64,000 nucleotides of DNA from an uncultured bacterium (GTDB lineage: Bacteria; Patescibacteriota; Minisyncoccia; Phycocordibacterales; GWA1-40-21): assembly GCA_963804975.1 (NCBI GenBank), contig CAWDSG010000002.1, positions 494,224 through 558,223 on the forward strand. Direction: 5' to 3'. The notes under the pieces were generated by a model that saw nothing but the letters and a program-made list of their open reading frames with translations, was not told where the DNA came from and ran no database searches. Of this stretch, positions 46,984 to 56,672 are shown in pieces. Numbering within the stretch: the stretch's first letter is position 1; every line of letters begins with the position of its first letter. Made by a program: the position numbers and the translations under genes.

Positions 46984-47370
46984 GATTCGTGAAAATTATT
47001 TTTGATTGATAAATGTATGCTAATTCTACACCTAAAAAAAATAAAAAAAATAGAAAATGAAGCGTTTTTCAAAAAACAAATCAAAAATAAAGGATTGTAA
47101 AGCATACGACAGTAATACGCTTGTAAATAAAGATGTTTTTGATTCAAAAAAAAATTTTTTTCCGGTTATCGTTTTTTATTTTCTGTTTTTATCGCAAAAA
47201 ATGAGCTTATAGAGAACTTTTTCAATCCATTATATTCAAAAAGCAATAATTTACTATAATAAAATATATACGTCTTACTTAAAATTTTATATGATGCAAT
47301 TTTTATAAATTTTAGGCTTTTTATTTCAATTTTTATAATAAATTCAAATCAATAAATCATTATTGATTAA

Positions 47371-47913
47371 TTATATTTTTGAAAAAATTATTTTATCTCC
47401 GACCTTGATATTATTTTTATCACAATATCCTGCCGGCAGTTCCAGAACATATTGAGCGATATAATTTTGGCCAAAAATTTCCGACAGTTTCGGATTGGCT
47501 GCATCGTATGTTTTGGGAGAAATATTTTTTTCTACGCCGACAATGTGGAAATCTGCGCTTATCCAAACCATATCAAGCGGAAAATTCATGTCTTTCATCC
47601 AAAAATCATAATTCCCGTCTTTTTCAAAAATAAATATCATTCCGGCATTATCAGCGAGTGAATTTCTGCCGGACAAACCAAGTTCTCTCTTGCATTCATT
47701 ATCGGAAATATCAATATTTATTATTTTATTGTCCGCAATAATCGTGCCTTTCCGATAATTTCCGCAACTTCCCGGCATTTCGGCGGAGCCGGTGGAATAA
47801 ACGGAATTGCCAATATTAACAACATTATTTGGAAATTGTTTTAAAAAAATAAATGCAAAAATTACGAATAAAATTATCAAAAGGATATAGGTATGGATGG
47901 AATTATATTTCAT
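47371..47913 (-). CDS. DUF192-family protein (secreted)
   Basis: GLSGRNSLADNAGMIFIF…FWMKDMNFPLDMVWI pattern. Confidence 0.5.
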   Translation of the reverse strand: MKYNSIHTYILLIILFVIFAFIFLKQFPNNVVNIGNSVYSTGSAEMPGSCGNYRKGTIIADNKIINIDISDNECKRELGLSGRNSLADNAGMIFIFEKDGNYDFWMKDMNFPLDMVWISADFHIVGVEKNISPKTYDAANPKLSEIFGQNYIAQYVLELPAGYCDKNNIKVGDKIIFSKI

Positions 47914-47970
47914 ATCGTTAAAATTTAAAAATATCGTTTATTTAAAAAATGATTTAAATTTTAAATTGAA

Positions 47971-48846
47971 TTACAAAAATTTAAAGCTCTGCGCTATTTT
48001 TTCCAAAACTGAATCAATTTTTGATTTATCAAATTCTTTGACTCCCTGGTCAGGAGAATAATTATAAATATTTGAAGAATGGATGGTATATTCAATCGCA
48101 TAGCATTCATCGTCATGAATTGCTCTATAACTTGTCGTTTCATAAAAATTCCCTGCGCCTGCGTCTGAAAAATTCATTTTTATAAATTGCACGCCGTTTA
48201 TCGTTGTTGTCGAAACCTTTTCCATATTTCCATATTCCGAAATCAAACATTTTTTTATTGCGTCAGGATCAGCGCTTGTACCAACAGTAAACTTCGCTTC
48301 TCCGAAATTTGTTTTTTCTGCAAAAAATGTCCGCGGAATATTTACTATAACAAAAAGAATTCCTGAGCTCGTATTTTGCTCCCGCCAATTTTGCGAATAT
48401 CCGATATCTCCGCCAAAAAGTTTAAATTGATTCGGAAATATGAAAGAAAAAGTTTTTGACATATCGGTATAGTTTGTAGTGTCTGCATCAATTTGTTTTT
48501 CAATTCCGGCGACACAATTTGAATATGTCGTTGCATTTCCTTCGGTGATAAATGCATTGTCGCCTTTATTCCAAAAAACAATACCGCTTGCTTCATATCT
48601 CGCTCCATCGGCAGAAATCGTCTGTGGCAAAATCATTTTTCTTCCATCGGAAAGAGAAATAGAAACACTGCTCGTTCCGTAAGCCGCATTTATTGTTCCC
48701 TCTTCACAATAATAAATTGCAGAAATGATTGAATTTTCTTTTGCGGTATTGATTGAGGTTTTCTTGCCAAGATTCCCGTCGATAAGAATAGCGGCAATAA
48801 TGATAACAAGGTAAATAATGAGATAAATAAAGGTTTTTTTGGACAT
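47971..48846 (-). CDS. MliC-like (membrane-bound lysozyme inhibitor, C-type) domain protein with an additional C-terminal domain
   Basis: YYCEEGTINAAY…LSDGRKMILPQTISADGARYEASGIVFWNKGDNAFITEGN…SNC matches the MliC signature (YxC…SASGAxY…FWxKGD…C). Confidence 0.5.
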   Translation of the reverse strand: MSKKTFIYLIIYLVIIIAAILIDGNLGKKTSINTAKENSIISAIYYCEEGTINAAYGTSSVSISLSDGRKMILPQTISADGARYEASGIVFWNKGDNAFITEGNATTYSNCVAGIEKQIDADTTNYTDMSKTFSFIFPNQFKLFGGDIGYSQNWREQNTSSGILFVIVNIPRTFFAEKTNFGEAKFTVGTSADPDAIKKCLISEYGNMEKVSTTTINGVQFIKMNFSDAGAGNFYETTSYRAIHDDECYAIEYTIHSSNIYNYSPDQGVKEFDKSKIDSVLEKIAQSFKFL

Positions 48847-48867
48847 ATTGGTATTATATCATGAATG

Positions 48868-49260
48868 TTATTTTAATTTCTTTAATTCTTTCACCGCCTG
48901 TTTAACAGAATCAACAACAATTCCGGTTTTTCTAACAAAATCCATTGACCATTTAGGATCTCGATCTTTTTTCCAAATAATAATTAAATTTTTACAGAGA
49001 TCGCCAGACTGTTTTGTATGTTCTGCGTAAAAATATCCTATTTCTATCCAAGTTCCTTCAGAAGAAACAAGACCAGGATTTGCAATAAGTATATCTGCCG
49101 ATTGAATTGCTTTTAAATCATCTGGAAAATAATTCTCAGGCGATATTTGATTTGAATCAAATTCCCAATCGTAAAATTTAAAATCTGGTATTTTCTTAAA
49201 TACCTCTTTCCAATTATTTTCATATTCATTTGGCTGTCCTGCGAGATATACTTTTTTCAT
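48868..49260 (-). CDS. nucleoside 2-deoxyribosyltransferase-like protein
   Basis: MKKVYLAG N-terminus and an …NPG…E… pattern of the NDT fold. Confidence 0.4.
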   Translation of the reverse strand: MKKVYLAGQPNEYENNWKEVFKKIPDFKFYDWEFDSNQISPENYFPDDLKAIQSADILIANPGLVSSEGTWIEIGYFYAEHTKQSGDLCKNLIIIWKKDRDPKWSMDFVRKTGIVVDSVKQAVKELKKLK

Positions 49261-49284
49261 ATCATATTTAATAAATTATTTTTG

Positions 49285-49371
49285 CGGAAGGGGCGGGATT
49301 CGAACCCGCGGTGCCGTTTCCAGCACACAGTCTTTCCAGGACTGCTCGTTAGACCACTCCGACACCCTTCC
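49285..49371 (-). tRNA. tRNA-Ser (GGA), class II
   Basis: The reverse complement reads GGAAGGGTGTCGGAGTGGTCTAACGAGC…CAGTC-CTGGAAA-GACTG with a long variable arm and GCGGG-TTCGAAT-CCCGC. Confidence 0.85.
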
Positions 49372-49424
49372 GTTTTATTTAAAACGAATAACACATCGTC
49401 TTTCCAGAGTTGGTCACATATAAT

Positions 49425-49495
49425 TTTCTGCTGAAAATTTACGCGACCCCGCCTCGCACCGCCGTGCTCCGGCTTTGAAAAGCTCCATATATTCG
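49425..49495. repeat. MITE-like element related copy C5 upstream of tRNA-Ser
   Basis: ATTTTCTGCTGAAAATTT plus ACGCGACCCCGCCTCGCACCGCCGTGCTCCGGC. Confidence 0.5.
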
Positions 49496-49546
49496 CTTTT
49501 CAACACCAGACCAACTATGCGAACCCTCCTTAGATGCGATAATACT

Positions 49547-50230
49547 CTAAATGGAACGATAAATCAAAACGCTGAGAAGCGCAAAGAGTATCGCAAGATA
49601 GAGTGTGTAAGTTGCGATTGTCAAAAAAATATTTAAACCCGAAAGCATAAAAAGGAAAATAAATCCGACTCCGCAGCATTGAAGGATCATCTTAATTTTT
49701 CCAACTGTTTTTGCTGGCACAATCGTTCCTTTGAACCTATAATACGCAGTGGCTACAAGCAGAAGTTCAATGCCTACGATTATAAATGCGATGGCCGAAC
49801 TTATAAATTTGAAAATCAAAATGCCGCCGACGCTTCCTATCAGAAGCTTGTCTGTAAACGGATCAAAGACGATTCCCCAATCGGTAATTTCGTTTCTTGT
49901 CCTTGCAAGCGCGCCGTCAATTGAATCCGAAATCGCAGAAATCAAAAACAAAATAAAAGCAATCGCATAATTATTTTCAAGCAAAAGAATGATTATGAAA
50001 GGAATTGAAATAAATCTGAAAACCGTTACCACATTCGGCCTTACCGATAAAGGAATTGCCCAAAGCAAAACCGCATTCAAAAATTTATCCATTATCGTAA
50101 CTTTGGCTACATACTTCGGCCTTGGTTCATCAAAAACCTTGAAAAGCAATGCTTTCAGTTTTATTTTATTTTCTATATTTTCAGAAATTTTTTTTGCAAA
50201 CTTTTCTTTTTTGTTTGAATTATTTTCCAT
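49547..50230 (-). CDS. CDP-alcohol phosphatidyltransferase (PgsA-like)
   Basis: DSIDGALARTRNEITDWGIVFDPFTDKLL matches the D-G-x2-A-R-x8-G-x3-D-x3-D motif. Confidence 0.7.
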   Translation of the reverse strand: MENNSNKKEKFAKKISENIENKIKLKALLFKVFDEPRPKYVAKVTIMDKFLNAVLLWAIPLSVRPNVVTVFRFISIPFIIILLLENNYAIAFILFLISAISDSIDGALARTRNEITDWGIVFDPFTDKLLIGSVGGILIFKFISSAIAFIIVGIELLLVATAYYRFKGTIVPAKTVGKIKMILQCCGVGFIFLFMLSGLNIFLTIATYTLYLAILFALLSVLIYRSI

Positions 50231-50299
50231 TTAATTATAATTTGGATTTCCCGAGGAGAAACCTTAAATACAAAATCTCAAGGTTTCACTTCCGAAAAT

Positions 50300-51226
50300 T
50301 TATTTCAAATCCATTCCTAAAAGCGCTTTTATTCTGTCTGCGATTGGCGGATGAGTGGAAAGGAGCGCAACAGTTTTTTTGCCAAGTCCGCGAAACGGAT
50401 CGGAAATGAAAAGATGCGCTGTCGCCATACTCGGATTTTTCATCGGAATATCCGCTTTTGAAATCTTTTCGAGTGCCGAAGCAAGGCCTTCCGGATATCT
50501 CGTAAGAAGCGCTCCTGAAGCATCTGCGAGATATTCCCTTTTGCGCGATACGGCAAACTGTATGAGCATCGCAACAACCGGCGAAAGAATCGTGAAGATA
50601 ATCCCCACAATCATTATTATACCTCCTGCTCCACTTTTCTCTCTGCTGCGACTTCCGCCAAGCATGCTTCCGCGCATAAAAATATTGGCAAGTATCGAAA
50701 CAAAACCGACAAGCACCACAACAACGGTTGAAAGCAGGATATCCCTGTTGCCGATATGCGAAAGCTCATGGGAAATCACGCCTTCAATCTCATTTTTATC
50801 CAAAATCCGCAAAAGTCCGCTTGTAACGCATACTACCGCATGTTCTTTATTCCTTCCAGTTGCAAAAGCATTCGGCGATGGGTCATTCATTATATATACT
50901 TTCGGCATCGGAAGCCCAGCGGTAATGGAAAGGTTCTCCACTGTATTATAGAGGTCGTGATATTGATTCTTGTCGGCTTCCTTCGCGCCGGAAACCGAAA
51001 GGACAATCTTGTCAGAATACCAATAACTTGCGATATTCATAACGACGCTGAAAATTATGGCAAAATACAAAATCCACGGACTATTGTAGTAATAACTTAT
51101 AAAATATCCAAGTCCAATGATTATGACCAGAAACAAGCTCATTAAAAGCCAAGTTCTGTGAACATTTTTGTCTTGTTCTGTATATAAAGTGGACATTTGC
51201 TTATTTATTCCTGAGAATTTTATCAA
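50300..51226 (-). CDS. htpX: HtpX-like M48 zinc metalloprotease
   Basis: HELSHIGNRD (HExxH) and TM helices. Confidence 0.85.
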   Translation of the reverse strand: MIKFSGINKQMSTLYTEQDKNVHRTWLLMSLFLVIIIGLGYFISYYYNSPWILYFAIIFSVVMNIASYWYSDKIVLSVSGAKEADKNQYHDLYNTVENLSITAGLPMPKVYIMNDPSPNAFATGRNKEHAVVCVTSGLLRILDKNEIEGVISHELSHIGNRDILLSTVVVVLVGFVSILANIFMRGSMLGGSRSREKSGAGGIIMIVGIIFTILSPVVAMLIQFAVSRKREYLADASGALLTRYPEGLASALEKISKADIPMKNPSMATAHLFISDPFRGLGKKTVALLSTHPPIADRIKALLGMDLK

Positions 51227-51671
51227 CCATTTCTATCTCTTCCCAGATTCCATCTATAATATCGTAAGATTTGGCTTCTTCAAGAGTTACCCATTTATAA
51301 TCGACACTGTCTTCATCAAGCTTAACAACACCTGATTTATATTTCGCATAATAACTTAGGACTACGCACGGCTGCCCATCCGGCCTTATAAAAGTTAAAT
51401 CCAAAAGATATTCCGGTTTTTCTATTTCAAGACTGACTTCTTCTTTCACTTCCCTGCGCAAAGTTTTTTCTATCGCATAATACCATTGGTTTGATTTTGT
51501 GCTGACCGGAGTATTTATATAGTCATCCACTTCAAGACCTCCGCCCGGCACCGTCCATTTATTCGGGAATCTTTTTTTATTAGGCGCTCTTTTTGTAATG
51601 AGATACTTGCCGTCTTTATATATGATAGCTGTAACATCAACTCTATGCAGTTCTTTGTCTTTGATTTCCAT
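51201..51671 (-). CDS. NUDIX hydrolase
   Basis: Nudix box GGGLEVDDYINTPVS…LRREVKEEVSLEI. Confidence 0.7.
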   Translation of the reverse strand: MEIKDKELHRVDVTAIIYKDGKYLITKRAPNKKRFPNKWTVPGGGLEVDDYINTPVSTKSNQWYYAIEKTLRREVKEEVSLEIEKPEYLLDLTFIRPDGQPCVVLSYYAKYKSGVVKLDEDSVDYKWVTLEEAKSYDIIDGIWEEIEMVDKILRNK

Positions 51672-51678
51672 TTAGAAA

Positions 51679-52293
51679 CTAGAATTTGACTTCCACCGGA
51701 TTTTTGGCGACCGCTCCATTTTCATCAAGAGTGAACATTTCCATTTTCAAGAAATGAAAAATTCCTGCGACAATGTTGCTCGGAAAAGTATCAATGGCTA
51801 TATTCAGATCCCTGACGTTGCCGTTATAAAATCTTCGCGATGCCTGAATTTTATTTTCCGTGTCGGAAAGCTCGCTCTGGAGAGACAGGAAATTCTGATT
51901 GGCTTTAAGGTCGGGATATGCTTCCGCGATTGCAAAAACCGATCTGAGCGCGCTTGAAAGCATATTTTCCGTTTTGCCTTTATCAACGATATTCTGCGCG
52001 CCCATCGCTTGAGTTCTCGCTTTTGTAACATTTTCAAACGCTTCGCTTTCATGCGCCGCATAACCTTTGACGGTACTCACAAGGTTCGGAATCAAATCAT
52101 ATCTTCTTTTCAATTGCACATCTATGTCGGACCATGCTTCTTTTGCCCTGTTTATAAGGGTAATGAATCTATTGTAGGCAAAAATCGCCCAAATAACCAA
52201 AAACGCCAAGATTATCAATAGTATATTTCCAGTCATATGTTTGTTTTTTATTTCAATAATTAAAAGCAATGAAAATTGCTTGATGTTTATCAT
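51679..52293 (-). CDS. LemA family protein
   Basis: TM helix plus a LemA core (KEAWSDIDVQLKRRYDLIPNLV). The start is more likely at the internal Met, around 52236. Confidence 0.8.
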   Translation of the reverse strand: MINIKQFSLLLIIEIKNKHMTGNILLIILAFLVIWAIFAYNRFITLINRAKEAWSDIDVQLKRRYDLIPNLVSTVKGYAAHESEAFENVTKARTQAMGAQNIVDKGKTENMLSSALRSVFAIAEAYPDLKANQNFLSLQSELSDTENKIQASRRFYNGNVRDLNIAIDTFPSNIVAGIFHFLKMEMFTLDENGAVAKNPVEVKF

Positions 52294-52349
52294 ACCATAA
52301 AATACGGAAGGAAAATAGTTATATAATAATGATTAAATTCATAAATGTC

Positions 52350-52377
52350 TTGATTTTTTAGCAGTTTTTGCTATAGT
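52350..52377 (+). promoter_or_regulatory. sigma70-like promoter TTGATT-N16-TATAGT upstream of secG
   Basis: Hexamers at the right spacing. The ATG is at 52386. Confidence 0.5.
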
Positions 52378-52385
52378 ATCAGCCA

Positions 52386-52622
52386 ATGACAACTTTAATC
52401 GCATTCTTGCCGTATATACAGATAATACTTGCCGTGCTTCTGACCGGGGCCATTTTGATGCAGAAATCGGACACGAACGCCGGCGGAGTATTCGGAGGAG
52501 CGGACAATTGGAATGCCGGCTATCATACCAGGCGAGGTTTTGAAAAAGGCATTTTCAACGCCACAATCCTGTTTGCCGTGCTTTTCGCGTTGGCATCCCT
52601 TGCAGCATTGCTTCTTAAATAG
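52386..52622 (+). CDS. secG: preprotein translocase subunit SecG
   Basis: 78 aa with two TM helices and the LLQKSDTNAGGVFGG motif. Confidence 0.8.
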   Translation: MTTLIAFLPYIQIILAVLLTGAILMQKSDTNAGGVFGGADNWNAGYHTRRGFEKGIFNATILFAVLFALASLAALLLK

Positions 52623-52766
52623 CATACTATTGCATTGTTCCCATATTCTTGATATCATAATTCTAATAAAGATTGTCTAAATAAATCCCCACACCAACTT
52701 TATTATTATTTTATTGCGTATTAAAAAGATAAAAAAGTGAAGTTGGTGTGGGGATAAAAAAGTATT

Positions 52767-52788
52767 CAGCTTTTCGAAAGCTGTTTTC
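52767..52788 (+). terminator. intrinsic terminator after secG
   Basis: CAGCTTTTCGAAAGCTG palindrome plus TTTTC. Confidence 0.5.
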
Positions 52789-52830
52789 AATACTGTTTTG
52801 AATGCCATACAATAGATAAAAATATAATTC

Positions 52831-54588
52831 GTGAAAGACAGAATAAAACAAATTCTCAATAAAAAATGGAGTGTGGAGTTTTTTGAAAAGCTCTCAAATA
52901 TAATTTCAAATTTAAGCATATTTGAAAGAGTTGTTTTCTATGGCCTTATAACCATATTGATAATTTCAGGGCTTTTTATGCTTGAGAAATTAAACCAGTC
53001 CATCTCGGTAAATGTGCCTGCAGACGGCGGGTCTTTGACGGAAGGCATCATTGGTTCTCCGCGATTCGTAAATCCTGTGCTTGCGGTTTCTGATGTGGAC
53101 CAGGATCTTACCGAACTTTTATATTCCGGCCTTATGAAAGCGACTTCTGAAGATACGCTTGTTCCCGATCTTGCGGCAAGTTATCAGATTTCCACAAGTG
53201 GCCTTGAATACACTTTCACATTGAAAGACAACGTTTATTTCAGCGACGGGGTGAAAGTCACCGCAGACGATGTGATTTACACAATAAATGAAATTCAGGA
53301 CAGTACGATTAAAAGCCCTGAACTGCCGGCATTTTATGACGTAAAAGTTGAAAAAATAAGCGACAATCAGGTAAAGTTTACGCTGAAACAGCCATACGCA
53401 TCATTTTTGGAGAACCTTACAGTCGGGATCTTGCCAAAACATATTTGGGGAAATTTGAGCGATGAAGAATTTCCTTTAAGCCAGTATAACGTAGAGCCGA
53501 TCGGTTCTGGTCCGTATAAAATAAGCGATATGAAAACACTCCAAAAAGACATGATGATTATCCCGACATATTATGAATTGGTGCCCTTTCCCAAATATGC
53601 TCTCGGAAAGCCGTTTATCAACAAGCTCATCATAAATTTCTATCGGGATGAAAAAACATTGATCAATGCGTACAACAGCGGAAATATTGAGTCAATGAAT
53701 TCCATAGATCCGAAAGAAATCACCGGCATCAAAAAACAAAATGATTCAGCCATTATAACTTCCCCCCTGCCGAGAGTTTTCGCGGTTTTTTTCAACCAGA
53801 GCCAATCCAGCGCTTTATCCGATCCGGCGGTAAGAGTTGCTTTGAATGAATCCGTGGATAGAAATCGTATCGTAAATGAAGTTCTTTCGGGGTACGGCAA
53901 ACCGATTGAGGGGCCGATACCGGCAGGATTTATACAAGATGAAACTTCGGGAACTACGACAATATATAACGTTTCGCTTGCATCAAGCACACTTGCAAAA
54001 AACGGCTGGGCAAAAAATCCCGCAACGGGCATCTTGGAAAAACAAGCCGGGAAAAAAACCGTACAGCTTGCCTTTTCGATATCCACACTCAACAGTCCGG
54101 ATCTCGTAAAAACAGCTGAACTCATTCAAAACGATTGGCAGAAATTGGGAGCAAAAGTGGATATAAAACAATTTGAGCTCGGAGATCTTGAGCAAAATGT
54201 CATACGCCCGAGAAAATTTGACGCTCTTCTCTACGGCCTTGTCACGGGACGCGATATGGATTTCTTCGCATTCTGGGATTCTTCGCAAAGAAACGATCCC
54301 GGGCTTAATATTTCCATGTACACGAACAGCAAAGTGGATAAGCTTCTGGAAGATGCAAGAAGCACGCTCGATCAGGCAAAACAAAATCAAGATTATCTTT
54401 CATTTGAAAATTATATAGAAAAAGACGTACCGGCGGTATTTTTGTATTCGCCTGAATTCATTTACGTTGTTCCCGGCAAAATCAAAGGATTGTCTTTGGG
54501 AACGATAACCTTGCCATACGAAAGATTCTTGGACATACACGATTGGTATATCGAAACAAACAACATCTGGAAAATGTTCGCTCACTAA
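52831..54588 (+). CDS. ABC transporter substrate-binding protein, family 5 (oligopeptide/dipeptide type), membrane anchored
   Basis: N-terminal TM helix plus an SBP_bac_5-like fold (…YFSDGVKVTADDVIYT…). Confidence 0.8.
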   Translation: MKDRIKQILNKKWSVEFFEKLSNIISNLSIFERVVFYGLITILIISGLFMLEKLNQSISVNVPADGGSLTEGIIGSPRFVNPVLAVSDVDQDLTELLYSGLMKATSEDTLVPDLAASYQISTSGLEYTFTLKDNVYFSDGVKVTADDVIYTINEIQDSTIKSPELPAFYDVKVEKISDNQVKFTLKQPYASFLENLTVGILPKHIWGNLSDEEFPLSQYNVEPIGSGPYKISDMKTLQKDMMIIPTYYELVPFPKYALGKPFINKLIINFYRDEKTLINAYNSGNIESMNSIDPKEITGIKKQNDSAIITSPLPRVFAVFFNQSQSSALSDPAVRVALNESVDRNRIVNEVLSGYGKPIEGPIPAGFIQDETSGTTTIYNVSLASSTLAKNGWAKNPATGILEKQAGKKTVQLAFSISTLNSPDLVKTAELIQNDWQKLGAKVDIKQFELGDLEQNVIRPRKFDALLYGLVTGRDMDFFAFWDSSQRNDPGLNISMYTNSKVDKLLEDARSTLDQAKQNQDYLSFENYIEKDVPAVFLYSPEFIYVVPGKIKGLSLGTITLPYERFLDIHDWYIETNNIWKMFAH

Positions 54589-54605
54589 AAATTTTAATTA
54601 AATAT

Positions 54606-56600
54606 ATGATAAAAAACAGATTCAATGCGCAAGGAAGAAACTTCGGGCATAAAAGGCCTGAGGTAATTCCAATCAGGCCTACGCGTTCATTTTCACCGGA
54701 AAATCCAAGATTTTTTAGCACCGAAAGCGGAATTGCAGCAAACCAGCAGAAAGAAAAAAAAGTTGTATTTATAAGAAAAGGCCCGTCCCCATCGCAAAGC
54801 CATAGCCATCAAAGCAACCGCCACAATAATCGCCATAACAGAAACAGGCCTATAGACAGGAAAGGCGCTCCGATGAGAAAAGTCACTTCCGAATCGGCCC
54901 TTAGAAGAGAGCAGGTTATTCCGCCGCTTCTCCCGGGAAATATCAGGATTGTGCCTCTTGGCGGGGCGGAAGAGGTTGGAAAGAATATGACCGCCATTGA
55001 ATTCGGCGACGACATAATAGTGGTTGATGCCGGAATCCAATTCAAGACGGAGGAAACTCCCGGCATTGACTATATGCTTCCGAATACCAAGTATCTTGAG
55101 TACAGGAAAAACAAAATCAAAGGCCTAGTTATCACCCACGGCCACTTGGATCATATCGGAGCCATACCTTTTATTATGGGGCTTATCGGCAATCCTCCGA
55201 TTTACACCAGAGAATTCGGAGCGCTTCTTATAAAAAAGAGGCAAACTGAATTTCCTCATTTGCCTCCGCTTAATATAAAAATCGTGGATGAAAAAACCGA
55301 CTTTTTGCCTATTACGCCAAACATAAAAATTAAATTTTTCGGAGTTACCCATTCCATACCCGATTCAACAGGCGTAATTATAGAAACGCCTCTCGGAGAC
55401 ATCGTCTTTACTGGTGACGTAAGGGTAAACAGCGTAAATGGCGTTCCGACAGCCGAAGAGTACGAGCAGTATAAATTTTTCAAAAACAGAAATATTCTTT
55501 TGCTTTTGTCCGATTCCACCGGCGTTGAAAAGCCGGGGTGGAACATATCCGAGGAAACGGTTATTGGAACTATAGATAATATCGTTAAAAACGTTCCGGG
55601 AAGAGTCATTATCTCCACTTTTTCTTCACAGGTTGAAAGAATAATCGGCTTCCTGGACATGGCTGAAAAATACGGAAAAAAAATCATCTTTGAAGGGCGC
55701 GGCATGAAAAATAACGTTGAAGTGATAAAATTCCTGAAAATTGCCGACACAAAAAACGTCATCCCTGTTGAGGAAATGCAAAATTACCCGCCGCATAAGA
55801 TCATAGTGGTATCAACCGGAGCTCAAGGAGAAGAATTCGCCGCCTTAATGAGAATGTCCAACGATTCGCATAAACAGATAAGATTGAATAAAACCGATAC
55901 CATAATACTTTCCTCTTCCGTTATTCCAGGCAACGAAGTGTCCGTTGCCGCGCTCAAAGACAACCTTTACAGGCATGATTCAAAAATAATTACATACGCC
56001 GACAGCGATGTGCACGCCGGAGGACACGGAAAACGAAGCGAGCTTGAATGGATATACAGGCAAATTCCCCACAAATTTTTTATGCCGGTTCATGGTCATC
56101 ACTATATGCTTAAAATGAGCGCGGAACTCGCGGTTTCCATCGGCATGAAAAGAGAAGATATCGTTGTGCCTGATAACGGTTCCGTTGTGGAAATCACGGA
56201 CAATGGAACCAAAATAAAAATGCTGAAAGAAAAAGCGCCATCAGGAATCGTCATGGTTGACGGATTTTCCGTCGGAGATGTCCAGGAGGTTGTTATTCGT
56301 GACAGGCAAATGCTGGCCCAGGACGGAATGTTCGTCATCGTGGCAAGCATTGACATCAACACCGGCAAGCTCAGGAAATCGCCGGATTTGATTTCGCGCG
56401 GCTTCGTTTATCTGAAAGAATCACAGGATTTGCTGAAGCAAACGAGATTTATAATCAAAAAAACCGTTGAAGAAGGAGCTATCGGAAATCCGATAAACTT
56501 TGATTTGCTGAAAGATATGATTACCGACAATGTCTCAAGATATCTTTTCCAAGAAACAGCCAAACGCCCTATGGTTATACCGGTAGTGATTGGAGTTTAA
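54606..56600 (+). CDS. rnj: ribonuclease J (metallo-beta-lactamase/beta-CASP) with a basic, disordered N-terminal extension
   Basis: ITHGHLDHIGAIPF motif, beta-CASP and a C-terminal domain. The first ~125 aa are Arg/His/Ser-rich. The ORF track start at 54543 overlaps the upstream gene, so the Met at 54606 is preferred. Confidence 0.85.
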   Translation: MIKNRFNAQGRNFGHKRPEVIPIRPTRSFSPENPRFFSTESGIAANQQKEKKVVFIRKGPSPSQSHSHQSNRHNNRHNRNRPIDRKGAPMRKVTSESALRREQVIPPLLPGNIRIVPLGGAEEVGKNMTAIEFGDDIIVVDAGIQFKTEETPGIDYMLPNTKYLEYRKNKIKGLVITHGHLDHIGAIPFIMGLIGNPPIYTREFGALLIKKRQTEFPHLPPLNIKIVDEKTDFLPITPNIKIKFFGVTHSIPDSTGVIIETPLGDIVFTGDVRVNSVNGVPTAEEYEQYKFFKNRNILLLLSDSTGVEKPGWNISEETVIGTIDNIVKNVPGRVIISTFSSQVERIIGFLDMAEKYGKKIIFEGRGMKNNVEVIKFLKIADTKNVIPVEEMQNYPPHKIIVVSTGAQGEEFAALMRMSNDSHKQIRLNKTDTIILSSSVIPGNEVSVAALKDNLYRHDSKIITYADSDVHAGGHGKRSELEWIYRQIPHKFFMPVHGHHYMLKMSAELAVSIGMKREDIVVPDNGSVVEITDNGTKIKMLKEKAPSGIVMVDGFSVGDVQEVVIRDRQMLAQDGMFVIVASIDINTGKLRKSPDLISRGFVYLKESQDLLKQTRFIIKKTVEEGAIGNPINFDLLKDMITDNVSRYLFQETAKRPMVIPVVIGV

Positions 56601-56616
56601 ATAAAAAACCCGAGGG

Positions 56617-56670
56617 AAAACCCCGAGGTTAAACCTAGGGGAGCTCCCCTAGGTTTAACCTCGGGGTTTT
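56617..56670. repeat. nested GC-rich palindrome (compound copy) acting as a bidirectional terminator between rnj and the 804-aa gene
   Basis: AAAACCCCGAGGTTAAACCTAGGGG-AGC-TCCCCTAGGTTTAACCTCGGGGTTTT, a perfect 25-bp arm. A half-unit CCCGAGGG precedes it. Confidence 0.75.
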
Positions 56671-56672
56671 TG

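Noticed and set aside
46984-47370. A 390-bp extremely AT-rich gap upstream of the RNR gene as a possible NrdR-box region or replication origin
   Set aside because: No tandem NrdR-box palindromes (ACACTATATATAGTGT-like) and no DnaA box cluster were recognisable. It probably holds only a promoter and UP elements.
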